A DNA stretch of 64,000 bases from Naegleria gruberi (Eukaryota). Under the pieces are notes generated by a model. That model was not told the origin of the DNA. It saw only the letters and a list, made by a program, of their open reading frames with translations, and made no database searches. Positions within the stretch are counted from its first letter, which is position 1; every line of letters starts with the position of its first letter. Positions 11,201-22,794 of the stretch are shown in pieces. The stretch lies in the NCBI GenBank assembly GCA_000004985.1, contig GG738847.1; one strand, written 5' to 3'. The position numbers and the translations under genes were made by a program.

Positions 11201-13165
11201 ATGCCTCAACAACAACTCCAGGCATCACGGTTTTCATCCCTTCTTTCAAAATTACCCTCTTTTCGATCGGTGATTCTTCTCTTCTTTTCTCTTCTTTTAA
11301 ATTGTTTTTTATTGTTGTATATTGCTAGATATCATCGGAATGATTATCGGACATCAATTGAAGAATACAATAAATTAATGAATGGTCAAGCCATCACAAC
11401 CACCACAAGTAGTACAACAACAACAATGAGCACGACCTATCTACCAAATGATCAATTTCCCTTCCATATTAAAAAAGCATTAAATACATTGATTGAAAAA
11501 CAAAAAGGCAAATTTACAAGTTTAATTGATTATGGAGTTCCACGTATTGTGACAGCTACATCACATGATTATTTTGATAGACTTGAAAATTTTGTTGGAT
11601 CCATTCATGTAATGTATGAATCGAAAGGAAAGGATTTAAATCCAAGAATTAATTTAAAAACAATACCCAACGATGCAAAGATTAAAAAAGTATCAGATTC
11701 AATGGGTTCAAGTTATTGGTTTGGATGGAATACACTTGTTGAAGAGGAGAGTAGACCAATTCTAGTTTATGATTTGGGACTCACCAAGGAACAACGAGAA
11801 AAGTGTAAATCATGGAAAGGAGTTGAACTTGTGGATTTGGATTTTAATGTATTACCAAAACATTTTACAGAATTGAAAACATTTGCATGGAAACCACTTG
11901 TCATGTATTTGGCATTACAAAAATATCCATCAATAATATTCTTGGATAGTGGTGTTGAATTATGGAATAGATTGGATAAAATTGAAGATATTTTGTTTAC
12001 AAAGGGATATTTCTATGTAGTTCAAGAAGGTTTGAGAACTTTATGGAGATGTTGTGGTGATATTGGAGAATTAACTCATGAAACTACATTTAATCGATTG
12101 GGTTTATCAAGAAAAGAGTTTGGTCCAAAGACAATGTGTAGTGGAGGTATTCAGGGTTATATCAAGGATTCATATGCCTATAAAAATGTACTCGTTCCAA
12201 CATTGGAATGTGCTTGGGAGAAGGAATGTATGGCACCTACAGGAAGTCACATGGGCAACCATCGTCAAGATCAATCAGTTTTTTCATTACTTATTCACAA
12301 ATCAGGTCTAAACTGTGAAACTGATATTAGATTGTGGGGAAATAGAGGAAATTATGTTGATGTTCCAAAAGATGAAATTGTTTTATTCTTGAGAAAGGGA
12401 GCACGTGAAAAGCAATTTGTTGGATTTGCAGAAAAATCAAAGAAATTTGCCATTGTTTTACCATTCAGTGAACAAACCTTTGAAGCACTACTTTCAAATT
12501 TGAATCTTTGGAAGAAGAATTACTATTCGCCATGCACATCTTTATATAGAAGTGAATTTGATAGTGAAAGTGGAATTGATTTAATTTTCTATACCAATAA
12601 GAAATTAGGTGATTCATCCATTAGAGATGTTTCTAGTAGAATTGAACCAATTAGAAAATGTATCAAGAGTTTTGAATTTAAATATATTGATATGCAAGAT
12701 TCTGAAATGGGAAATAGAAATCAACTTTTAAGATTAGTTCAAGATGATTCATTCCATTCCAAGTATCATAGCTTCTTTTACATGACAACATATTCCCGAC
12801 CAATAAGACCAAATTGGATCAATGCAATTAATTCCATTGTCAAAGATTATCAACATTCAAAACCAGATTTTTGGTATATTGGATCGAATAATAGAGCAAA
12901 CTTTGAAATGTTTAATTTTGATGCTAGTGCTATTTATTCAACGGATATTTCATTTAGAACATTTTTGAATGACATTGCTTCAAAACAACAAACTGATCCA
13001 TTCAAAGATTTAATGGAACCAAAGAATTCTGATTTTACTAGGCAAGTGATGAGCAAATTTATTGTTCATGATTTTATTCAAAATTGGTTAAATTTCCCAA
13101 CATTTTCTGAAAAGATTGTCAGAGATTACAATTTGAGAACCTATTTTATTGATACGAGACCATAA
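11201..13165 (+). CDS. type II membrane protein, possibly a nucleotide-diphospho-sugar transferase-like (glycosyltransferase) fold
   Basis: ATG at 11201. The N-terminal signal anchor is VILLFFSLLLNCFLLLYIA. The segment WKPLVMYLALQKYPSIIFLDSGVELWNRL resembles the DxD region of PF03407-type transferases. The assignment is weak. Confidence 0.4.
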   Translation: MPQQQLQASRFSSLLSKLPSFRSVILLFFSLLLNCFLLLYIARYHRNDYRTSIEEYNKLMNGQAITTTTSSTTTTMSTTYLPNDQFPFHIKKALNTLIEKQKGKFTSLIDYGVPRIVTATSHDYFDRLENFVGSIHVMYESKGKDLNPRINLKTIPNDAKIKKVSDSMGSSYWFGWNTLVEEESRPILVYDLGLTKEQREKCKSWKGVELVDLDFNVLPKHFTELKTFAWKPLVMYLALQKYPSIIFLDSGVELWNRLDKIEDILFTKGYFYVVQEGLRTLWRCCGDIGELTHETTFNRLGLSRKEFGPKTMCSGGIQGYIKDSYAYKNVLVPTLECAWEKECMAPTGSHMGNHRQDQSVFSLLIHKSGLNCETDIRLWGNRGNYVDVPKDEIVLFLRKGAREKQFVGFAEKSKKFAIVLPFSEQTFEALLSNLNLWKKNYYSPCTSLYRSEFDSESGIDLIFYTNKKLGDSSIRDVSSRIEPIRKCIKSFEFKYIDMQDSEMGNRNQLLRLVQDDSFHSKYHSFFYMTTYSRPIRPNWINAINSIVKDYQHSKPDFWYIGSNNRANFEMFNFDASAIYSTDISFRTFLNDIASKQQTDPFKDLMEPKNSDFTRQVMSKFIVHDFIQNWLNFPTFSEKIVRDYNLRTYFIDTRP

Positions 13166-13754
13166 AATAAATGTATTTGTGTGAATTAATCGTAGAAAAC
13201 AGATTGAAATGATTTTACCAATGATATTAATGTCATCCTTATTGTTTCATTTCGAATTTCTCATTCAATGAACGACTGCTATATTTGTGCAAGATAAACT
13301 GGTCTGTCTACACAAACACAAATCACAAATTTTTAAATCTGTAATTAATTTTTATTTGTGTTTAGAGCTCTCATTGGTAACATTTTTCAATAATAAAAAG
13401 CTCTCAATATATTCATAATGTTTACAATAGTTCAATAATAATGGCATTCGAATAAAACTAAATGGCCTTTTCCTCTTTTCCACACAATTTCCTGCACCTA
13501 ATTATCCGTTTTAAAGTGGAACAGAAACCAACTGGTCTACAATTTATGTATCCCTTAATTGAATTTATGGACTCTTAACACAAGCTCCTAGAGAGTAGAC
13601 AAGTTATTAAATTGGATAATGATTTGAATGAGATTTCATTCCATTAATTTCATGGTATTTGAATATGGTCAATAATTTCCAATTATCTCACAATCCTCAA
13701 TCAAATTCATTGTTTTTGTGATCCATTCCATATCAAGAAGATACATTCAATAAT

Positions 13755-14510
13755 TTAAACATTGATAAAACTGAGAGTTAATTTGACACCTCCCTGAATA
13801 TAAACAATATTAACTGTAAAATCCAATCTTCCATCTCTTTCAGTCATTACTTCCAATCTAAATTCACCTTCTCCTGCCTTTTCATATTCTTCCTTTCCAG
13901 TTGCATGCATTAAAAGATATTTAATCCAATGCTTATTTTGTATAGTTGAGTAAGGAACTAGTCCTTGATCTGTTCTAAACATTATATAAGTATCTCCACT
14001 CTGTTCAACATATTTCAAATGTACATGTCTAGCATTCAATAATTTGGCAATATGAAATACATGATCCAATATTAATATTGAAGTGTATGGATAGGATGTT
14101 ATTTGACTACTAGTATTTGATCCAGATGTATTCTCTCGTTCGGGAGGTGAATTTTCTTCTTTTTGAATAGTAGTAGTAGTTGTATAGTGTGATTTTCTCA
14201 ATTCTAATCGGAGTGGTTTCTTTCTCTCAAATACTGCATCGGGATCATGAATAATACCAGTATGCAATGTTCTAAATGGTTTCATACTAACACTATTCGG
14301 AAAATGTGCATGATACATTGATAAATTATTATTATGAATATCATCTTGGATCATTTCATCATTACCATGATGATGATTTAAAGTACTACTACTACTTTTA
14401 TCCGATAAATTTAAATGATTAATTATTGTTTTAATTCTATTTAAATGTTTACTATTTAAAAGTGAGTCAACAGTTGTTGTGTTGTTGTTGTTTGATGATG
14501 ATATTACCAT
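13755..14510 (-). CDS. hypothetical protein
   Basis: A 251-aa ORF with an Asn/Thr/Ser-rich N-terminus. No domain recognised. Confidence 0.4.
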   Translation of the reverse strand: MVISSSNNNNTTTVDSLLNSKHLNRIKTIINHLNLSDKSSSSTLNHHHGNDEMIQDDIHNNNLSMYHAHFPNSVSMKPFRTLHTGIIHDPDAVFERKKPLRLELRKSHYTTTTTIQKEENSPPERENTSGSNTSSQITSYPYTSILILDHVFHIAKLLNARHVHLKYVEQSGDTYIMFRTDQGLVPYSTIQNKHWIKYLLMHATGKEEYEKAGEGEFRLEVMTERDGRLDFTVNIVYIQGGVKLTLSFINV

Positions 14511-14608
14511 TTTTTATTATTATTTAATTATTAAATTCAATTATTATTACAATCTTTAAAATATTCTTTTAATTATATATTAACATTAAACATCCAAGGA
14601 TATATATA

Positions 14609-15172
14609 TTACTCCTTTGATTTTACACTAAATGAAGTTCCACAACTACAACCAGTTTCAGCATTTGGATTCTTTTCAAGAACAAAGGCTGTTTTAGCCA
14701 TCGACTCTACAAAATCAATAGTACTACCCTTAATAAAACTCATTGTAATACTATCAGCAATAACTTTAGATTCTGGATAATTATTATGAATAAATACTTG
14801 ATCATCTTGTTCTACTTGTTTAGAAAAAGTAAATTCAACCTGATATCCACTACAACCACCACTCTCTACAATAACTCGTAACATTCTATCGTGTGCACCC
14901 TTCTTTTCATTGATATCTTTAATTCTTTTAGCACAGGCTTCTGTAATTAAAAGTGAATTTGAATATTCTTCCGATGATGTTGTTTGATTCCTCACACAAG
15001 TATTCAATGAAGTAAATTTTCTATATTGTTGTTGTTGTTGATGATTTTTAAATACGAGACATGATGAAGATGTAGATGATAATGCGGAGTAATGGGATGA
15101 AGGGGAGGATACAAAAATTCTTCTCATCGATGAAAAGACTTGATGGTGGTGTGAGGATGCGTTTTTAATCAT
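14609..15172 (-). CDS. isca: mitochondrial iron-sulfur cluster assembly protein, A-type carrier (IscA/HesB family)
   Basis: ATG at 15170-15172. It has an N-terminal presequence-like region, a HesB core (RVIVESGGCSGYQVEF), and the C-terminal CSCGTSF motif (Cys-x-Cys-G-x-S-F). Confidence 0.8.
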   Translation of the reverse strand: MIKNASSHHHQVFSSMRRIFVSSPSSHYSALSSTSSSCLVFKNHQQQQQYRKFTSLNTCVRNQTTSSEEYSNSLLITEACAKRIKDINEKKGAHDRMLRVIVESGGCSGYQVEFTFSKQVEQDDQVFIHNNYPESKVIADSITMSFIKGSTIDFVESMAKTAFVLEKNPNAETGCSCGTSFSVKSKE

Positions 15173-15311
15173 TTTTTTTGATTGACTTGTTTTCAGAATC
15201 TGAGTGATACTTTACAAATTTGTAGATATATGGACCTATAAAGATTTTATCTAAGATTAATAAATTAAAGATTTAATACTTTTTCTAATATATTATTATT
15301 ATACAAATGTT

Positions 15312-16355
15312 TTACTTTTCAATCTTTCTTAAAGCTTGTTCCAAATAGAAAGGATAAATTAGATCAACAAATTCAGCCCATTCAAAAGCAAGTAAAAATG
15401 GATAATCTTGAACAATCTTTTCCTTTTCTTCTTGAACTTTGTTTAAAGCTTCTTCACTTTCCTCTAGAGCAGATCCAACTATACAGAAATCAGCATCATC
15501 CATACTATTTGTAATCTTTCCATCTCCATATCCAACAAGAAGATGACAATGTTTAAATGTAAGACTTGATGAATCATTAGTTGCAATAAATGATTCAGCC
15601 AAATAAACATTCCTTCCTTTAAGTGGTTTATCCAATCTTTGAACACCATATTTTTCTTCTTCTTCCAATGAACATTTTCCATCTGTAATCCATTTTGTTG
15701 ACATGATTTTCTTTCCTGTTGCTAATGCTTGTAATACTTTCATTGTTCTAGCAAATGGTGGTGCAATAACATGAGTCACATCATCAGTCAAAGTATCTGA
15801 TAGATTACCACACATGTTAAAAAACATGAATCATGACTACATACCAATATCTGCAGCTTGTTCTCCAGCAATTTTAACTCCAAGTGATGTTGCAATTTGT
15901 GTCAATTCCTTTTTCAATGTTTTACTAAATCTATCAGATGAATTTTTAAAACCACTAAATGTGATCACAATTTCTGGTGATTGTGATGTTGTTAATTCTG
16001 GTTTTTCAAGAACTTGATTACCAATAACAGTTGCTACATTAGATTCTCTTTTAACTTTCTTTGCACTAGGTGATGTGGAAGCAAAATCTGTTGATACTAC
16101 TGCAGAAGCACCAGAAACAGCCGATGATAAAGATGATGATGTTTGGGATACTCTAGAAGTGCTTGGTCTATTAGGCTTAGAAATTTCTTCATGTTTTCTC
16201 TTTGTTGAAGATGATGAAGATGAAGATGGCGTGGCGGTTTTACTCTTTCTTCTATCTGGTGTTTGTGATGATTTACCGTTCAAGGATGATGAAGATTCAT
16301 CAATATTATTGGTTGCTTCCGTGGCATTACTTTCCTTGCTTCCTCCTAAACCCAT
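15312..16355 (-). CDS. BRCT-domain protein (two exons)
   Basis: Exon 1 is 15845..16355 (MGLGGSK…), then a 48-nt intron at 15797..15844 (GTATGT…tatcag), then exon 2 at 15312..15796. The join gives a complete BRCT fold (IVITFSGF…LGVKIAGEQAADI-D-TLTDDVTHVIAPPFARTMKVLQALATGKKIMSTKWI). Confidence 0.7.
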
Positions 16356-16464
16356 TTTTTTTTAATCAATTATTTTAAAAAAACGATCATTAATTTTGGC
16401 GCCAAAATGAAACGTTTATCATGGTGTGGTACACTTGTAAATATATGAATGGAAATGAAAGAGT

Positions 16465-19061
16465 TTATTCTTCATCATCTGGTTTGTGAGTATTGATATA
16501 ATCAGCCAGTTTTCTATCTGTATAATTAATGTGTTTCACTAACCAATTAATTAAATAGTTCAATAATTCAATGTCTAAACTTGTGGCATGACTTTTCAGA
16601 TAATCTTTTTGCATATTTTTCATTTTGGTTGTAAATGTCAAATGTTCTTCATGATGTTTTTTCACATATTCCTCTCCAATTCCCTTCTTGTATTTACTAT
16701 TATTTCAATAATAGAATATTCAATAATTATTACAATTGTTGTACAATATTGATGATGAATTATTATTAAATTTTGTTAAAAATAAAAAACAAACCTCAGT
16801 AACTGTTCCTCATCAGAAAAATGAAATTCCGTATATTCAATTAAACATCCAATTGTATATCCAACAACCCAATGACTTTGAGAAGTGAGTGATGCTTCAC
16901 TTAAATTCTTTAACCATTCAATTAATTGAGCATGTTGTGAATCAATTTGATCACATCCAACTGCATATTTAGTTGGATCCCATGATACAGAAACTAGAAG
17001 TGAATTACGACGTGACATGTTTGACATTCTACTTTGTAATTCACTTGATGAATTCGATGGACTAAATTTGGTTTTCTTCTTCTTATTACCGAATATTGAA
17101 CTCCAAAAACCTTCTTTCTGAATACCAGCATTATCTTGCTCTAATTCCTTTTCCAATTTTTTCAAATCAATATCACGTTCTTTAGCTAATTTATCAATTG
17201 TCTTTTTTTGATTATTCTTAATTTGTAAACTTTTGGATGGGTAGAGATGGTAGAGTTCTTTAATCATTGCAAGTTTTTCATTTCTCACTGCAATATGAAG
17301 TGGTGTATCGCCTACCTTATTAATTACATCTAATTGAATTTCTTTAGATCTAATTAGTAATTCAAAAATTTCCTCTTGTTCTGCCAGCACTGTTACATGA
17401 AGTGGTGTTAATCTATTTTTTTTTATATATATATATTTAAATATTCATATATATTTAAGAGTTAGTTCAATATCAGAGTAAAAATTAAAAGAGTTATATA
17501 AAATAGAGTCAATAAAAAATGAAACATACCCATAAACAGAATCCTTCTCATTAAATAACAATTCCAATTTATCAGAATCTCTTGCTAAACATTTAACAAT
17601 ATGTACCAATGATTCCATATATCCCTTTGAACAGCAATGATGAACAACAGTTTGACCCTTATCATTCTTCATGAATAATAATTTCAATAATTTCTCTCTT
17701 CCAATTGTATTTTCACAAAAATCAATTAAATATTTTGTAATCTTTTCATGTTTAACAGCTCTAAATAAACAACTTTCTTGTTTTGTATTTTTTCTAAAAA
17801 TGTTATGTTTTAAATCTTCAACAATGAATTGAACTTTTTCCAAATCACCTTCTCTACATGCTAAATGTAAAATTGTATTTCCACAATAAACTTTATATTC
17901 AATATCAACATGAAATCCTAATAAAGTTCTTGCAACTGTAAATCCTTTTGATTTGTTAATACTATTTAAGGAAACTGAAAGTGGAGATGCTTCATATTTA
18001 TCATGAGTATTTAAAATAGCTCCATTAATAGCTAACATGGTTACTGATTTAGAATGAGCACTTGAACATGCATAAAATATTGGTGTTGCATCTGACCTAT
18101 CTTTAGATTCTAATAAATCAGGTTGTTTATCCAATAAATATTGCATCACTGTTAAAAAATCAAATTTTGAAGCTGTATGAAGAAGTGAACATTTAGTTTT
18201 TGAATCAATTAAATCTTTTTTAAAATCAATTGTTGAATTATTACAATTATTATGCGTATTATTATGGATATTATTACTATTTATAGTAGTATTTCCATTA
18301 TTAGAATTGTTAGAAGGACTAGTAGTAGATGTATTATTATTATTATTATTATTATTAGAATAAAATAAATAAGATTCTATTAATTGAATCATTTCTAACA
18401 TTTCACTTTCAGTCATTTGAGTTGAATGATGAAGTAAATATGTAATTTTATACAAATTACTTGAAATATATTCTCTAATATCATTTTCAATGACAAATTT
18501 TGATGAAATATCATTGAGTTTGAGACAATTATTATCTGATAAACTTGTGTCTGGATTATTATTCATACTAATACCACTACTATTGGTACTTGCGATAATA
18601 ATATCGCTATTATTATTTCCATTAATAACTCCGCTAACCGTATTATTGCTATTATTATTTTGAATTAACATTGTTTTATGATGTATGTAATCTAAATAAT
18701 CAGTTATTGATTCATTTTCTAAAACTGATGATTCCTCATGATCATGTACAATTGAAGTTAAATGTTGACTACATAAAATTGCAGTTGAACCTTGAATGAA
18801 ACTATTCGAAACTAAATGTTGTTCTTGATCAATATCCTCATCATTATCATCGGATGAATCATCATCATCAATACTAATATTACCTATTTTTGAAACTTTT
18901 TCCAATGATGAATTATTTAATCTGAAGAGTGAATGTGAAGGATGAAGTGGTTTGCTACTATCATTAATTCCTATTAAACTTAATCTTTTGGTTTGTTCGT
19001 AAACGTTAATGATGTCAACTAGACCAAGACGTTCATCTTTCATTTTTTTTTTATTTGACAT
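16465..19061 (-). CDS. ankyrin-repeat protein with a C-terminal hemerythrin-like (HHE cation-binding) domain (three exons)
   Basis: Exon 1 is 17530..19061, with ATG at 19059-19061; the track start is TTG. A 117-nt intron spans 17413..17529. Exon 2 is 16798..17412, a 101-nt intron spans 16697..16797, and exon 3 is 16465..16696. Ankyrin motifs include G-LTPLHVTV and GDTPLHIAV. The hemerythrin signature is WDPTKYAVGCDQIDSQHAQLIEWL … HFSDEEQLL … KHHEEH … LINWLVKHINYTDRKLADYI. Confidence 0.75.
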
Positions 19062-19805
19062 TGTGTGTTTGACAGATGACTTTTTGTATGGCACCAATAA
19101 TTGAATAATTGGCAGGTAGGTATCACTTGCTACTATTTATTAATAATAGGATATCGTTACTTTGAAAATCAAGCAGAGATGTAACGTCCTTTTTTTATTC
19201 GAATAAAAATGCATAAAATGGGATATTAGCTAAAATATTTCCATAAATGTACATATTCTGACAGGACACTAGGAAAATGGCTCAAACACCTGTGGTATAA
19301 AATCTTTTCGATTAATAGATTGCGTTGTTGCTATTGTATTATTCGAAACTGTTGAAGGGAATATACTGAGTAGAAGAAATGTGTGAAAATATTATACGAA
19401 AGAGGCCTAATGGAGATTTCATTTGGTTTGTGAATTGCATTGATCGCCTCATTCTAGTAGTATTGGGCCTATTTATTTATCTAAATGTCGAAATGACATG
19501 TTTACAATTTGATTGTTGACTTTTTTAGAGATCTGAGTATCTTTTTTGGAATTTAAATTATTAAGGGTGTTTAACAAATATGATCATGGTATTTGAAATC
19601 AATATTAAATAAATTGAATCTACAGTTATTGTAATGATGAGTTTATAGAACTATTTCAAGAGATAAAAGTTATGATATCAAAAGTTTAATAAACTTGCCT
19701 ACACGAATAGAATCAAAATATTATCATCAATTGCAAATAATTGAAATCTATTTTACAAAAAGATGAACCTTACTTTGGGTTATTAATTTATTTTTAATAA
19801 AAAAA

Positions 19806-20155
19806 ATGTTTAGAAATCTCCAACGCTGCAAAATCCTTGAAAAATTCATCATTGTTAGAACTTTCAGTGAGAAGAAATTTTCATCATCAATTGCAACCAT
19901 TGAATAAATCCACGGTAACCATCACACTACCACAAGATCCAGAAATGGTTAGGGAAGGTGTTTTACAACTTTCTTAAAAAAGAAGGTGATTATTGTAAAC
20001 AAGATGAAGTTGTATTGGAAATGGAAACATACAAAGCTGTATCACAAGTTAGATCACCATATGCAGGAAAAATCATTAAGATATTCACTCCACAGAATAA
20101 TGAAAAGTTTGAAATTGGAAATTCTTTATTTTCTTTAGAATTGGAAAGTGACTAA
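19806..20155 (+). CDS. small mitochondrial lipoyl/biotinyl-attachment-domain protein; the reading frame is broken by two +1 shifts (sequencing error or pseudogene)
   Basis: ATG at 19806 with a presequence-like MFRNLQRCKILEKFII in frame 0. The lipoyl-domain N-half (TVTITLPQDPEMVREGVLQ) is in frame +1 at 19912-19968. The remainder (FLKKEGDYCKQDEVVLEMETYKAVSQVRSPYAGKIIKIF…ESD*) is in frame +2 at 19969-20155. The second shift sits at caactttcttaaaaaag, where an intron will not fit. Confidence 0.4.
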
Positions 20156-20517
20156 TTGTAAACTTTTCATTGTAAAAATACCACTTTAATTCTCAATATC
20201 CATTTGAGCATGTACAAATTTTACAACCTCGGGCGCATTTTCAGTCGAGATTCGTTTTTGTGTTATCATTAATTTCTCATTCCCGAATGATGAAAAATAG
20301 GTTCAACTTTAGAGAAGTGGTGAAAGTTAGGGGCAAAAAAATTAAAAAAACAAAAAATAAAAAAACAATAAAATTTCAACTGCCAAGTTTTGTTGTTCCA
20401 AAAGTTGGACCTCTTTTTCAACAGATTTGTAAAAAATTACAAGTTACCTTGCTTCCAGTTTTTGGAGGATTTTTCAACCAACCGATCTAAAAAAAATGTG
20501 TTCATCATCAATAATAT

Positions 20518-21906
20518 TTATTCATCATCATCAACCATTTTATCTACTTTGCTTCTTAATTGTTTGAAGGCAGAGGCAATATGTTCTTTGATCTCAGTAA
20601 CAGAAATCTTCTTAGACAAACACGGAATACATTTTCTGATGGTGGTTACTAATTGATCAACAGTTTCCTTGTCCAATTTAACTCTGGCATCGGGATACTT
20701 GGTGTTGTCTCCTGGCATAATATATTTTGTGTTCAAATTGAATGCAGAACATTTCTCAGCAAGAATCATGATAAGTTTAACGACAGCTCTTGTTGGTTGA
20801 TTCAAACCTAACTCTGCTACTTCAGTATCTTCTAAAACAATACCTTCATCACGATTATCACCCCAATAGATGGTAACTTTTCTGGAACGTTTAAAAACCT
20901 TTTTCCGAGCTTTCTCCAATTCATCCATAGCCCTCCATACTTCTTGCATATCCTCATCATAGCCAGAATTACTATTCAACTCATTTTCTAGTTGCTCAAT
21001 TTTTCTGTTTGCTTCATTCAATTCTGACTTGGCTTTTTTTAACTCTAGCTCTGCATTTGCCAGTTTAACTCGTAGTTGTTCCATTTCATTAATCACTGTT
21101 TCACTGACATTGGATTCCAATTCTCTCATAGAGAAATTATTCTTTTTCTGTTTGATTTCAGATACAGAAAGTTTGGAAGGTGAGTAATATGTGAATTTGC
21201 ATAATTTAACTTTTGGCCACTCATATTCTGTCAATATTTGGAATTTAGAAGTAAAGTTCATTTCCAATTCTATAATTTCAACAACTAAACTTTCACCAAG
21301 ATCTTTAACACATACAGCTTTTCCTACATAGAATAATTTTCCATCATCATCTTTATGGAATAGTGCAACATTTTCATCTTCGGTAATTGATAACATGTTT
21401 CCATCAACCTTTTTCAAGTCTTTAGATTGGAATTGAGATGGAGTAGTATCACTTAATTTGGATGAGCTTGCTTCATTTTTATGCTCTTTTGGTTGTGGAT
21501 TGCTTTTTCTCTTTTTGGAAGAGAATGAAACATCATCTTTTAGCAAGATAGGAACAATGTGAGTCACAATTTCTTGGTTAAGCTTATGAAGTACTGGAAC
21601 TGTGATAGTCTTATTCATGTAATGTTTTATATCTTTCAGTCCATTTAGTTGTGAAACATTTAAGGAATTCAAAAAAGAAACATTGGTATTGGTAGCAATG
21701 ATGATTTCTGCAATTTGGGGTTTAGAAAGTTTTTCCAAATTATTGTGTTGAATTAACTCAATATCATTTGAAGAAAATGGTACGGAAGGATTGAATGGTG
21801 GCACTTCTAATATTCTTTTAGTACCATTCTTACTTTTGGTTTTGGATTTTTTGAATACAGCAACTTCAACCTCTTCTTGACTACCATGAACACTACTTTG
21901 TGACAT
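20518..21906 (-). CDS. hypothetical coiled-coil protein
   Basis: A 462-aa continuous ORF. The central region looks coiled-coil (EMEQLRVKLANAELELKKAKSELNEANRKIEQLENEL). No domain recognised. Confidence 0.5.
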   Translation of the reverse strand: MSQSSVHGSQEEVEVAVFKKSKTKSKNGTKRILEVPPFNPSVPFSSNDIELIQHNNLEKLSKPQIAEIIIATNTNVSFLNSLNVSQLNGLKDIKHYMNKTITVPVLHKLNQEIVTHIVPILLKDDVSFSSKKRKSNPQPKEHKNEASSSKLSDTTPSQFQSKDLKKVDGNMLSITEDENVALFHKDDDGKLFYVGKAVCVKDLGESLVVEIIELEMNFTSKFQILTEYEWPKVKLCKFTYYSPSKLSVSEIKQKKNNFSMRELESNVSETVINEMEQLRVKLANAELELKKAKSELNEANRKIEQLENELNSNSGYDEDMQEVWRAMDELEKARKKVFKRSRKVTIYWGDNRDEGIVLEDTEVAELGLNQPTRAVVKLIMILAEKCSAFNLNTKYIMPGDNTKYPDARVKLDKETVDQLVTTIRKCIPCLSKKISVTEIKEHIASAFKQLRSKVDKMVDDDE

Positions 21907-22052
21907 TTTCTTTGGATTTGATTGTTATTGAATTATCATAGTGGGTCTTTTAAATATTTTCACTAGATTTATTTTTAGACCAAAACCGTTATTACCACAG
22001 CTTAGATCAACTTCCACCCGAAGGAGGATTTTAAAAATTATTACAACAAAAA

Positions 22053-22343
22053 ATGGCCACAACAAACAGCCAGAGAGTACAAAAGTCTCGTAATTTCAGG
22101 AAATTTTCTAAAAGGTTCTTCCAACAAAGTAAGAACAACGTTGTTTCTCTTTCTATTCACAAAGAGGTAGCAAGTGTTGAACAACAGAATCCTTCCACTC
22201 CACCGATAACTAAATCATCAAATATTANNNNNNNNNNNNNNNNNNNNNNNNNNNNNNNNNNNNNNNNNNNNNNNNNNAGTAAGTTTACTCTTATTATTAA
22301 TTATTGATTATTTATTTATTAGTGATGAGGATGATACTCATTA
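22053..22343 (+). CDS. small hypothetical ORF spanning an N-gap, possibly with a short terminal exon
   Basis: ORF from ATG 22053 runs into the N-gap at 22229-22277. Past the gap, a GTAAGT follows at 22279 and an acceptor ttattag at ~22320. Very uncertain. Confidence 0.2.
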
Positions 22344-22770
22344 ATATTACAATATTCGGAATTGTTAGGAGAGATTTCTTATTTGTTACTACAATTATTT
22401 GGAATTAATATTATTGAATCTGATTGGAAATACACTGAATTTGAATAAGTGGAAACAACATGGCCATGGTAAAATTAGTGGATGTAATTGGATCTTTCAA
22501 TTTATAATTTGAGTGGATGATTAATGACATTGTCATATTGATGTTTCTGTAATTAACAAGTTGAGCTTTGATAATTTGAGTGGATGGCCAATATTTAGCT
22601 GTTGCTTTGTTACATGATTTCAAATAATGACAAGTTGATTTTAGACTTGTTCAAATTTAATAAATTTACTTTTTTTACAGTCTAAAAACTTGATACCAAT
22701 TACTGTGTAAAATACCCTTAACTTTTTGTTTTTTTCGAGCCCTGAATTATTAACAAAACTTTCTCAAAGT

Positions 22771-22794
22771 TGCACCCAACTTTGAGGGTGAATT
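22771..22794. promoter_or_regulatory. perfect 10-bp stem / 4-nt loop hairpin in the 5' region of the acetyltransferase gene
   Basis: CTCAAAGTTG-cacc-CAACTTTGAG, about 130 bp upstream of ATG 22923. It lies inside a block bracketed by the 9-bp inverted repeat CCCTGAATT/AATTCAGGG (~22743 and ~22903) and a CCCT(A)6CCCTCT(A)6 direct repeat. Confidence 0.3.
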
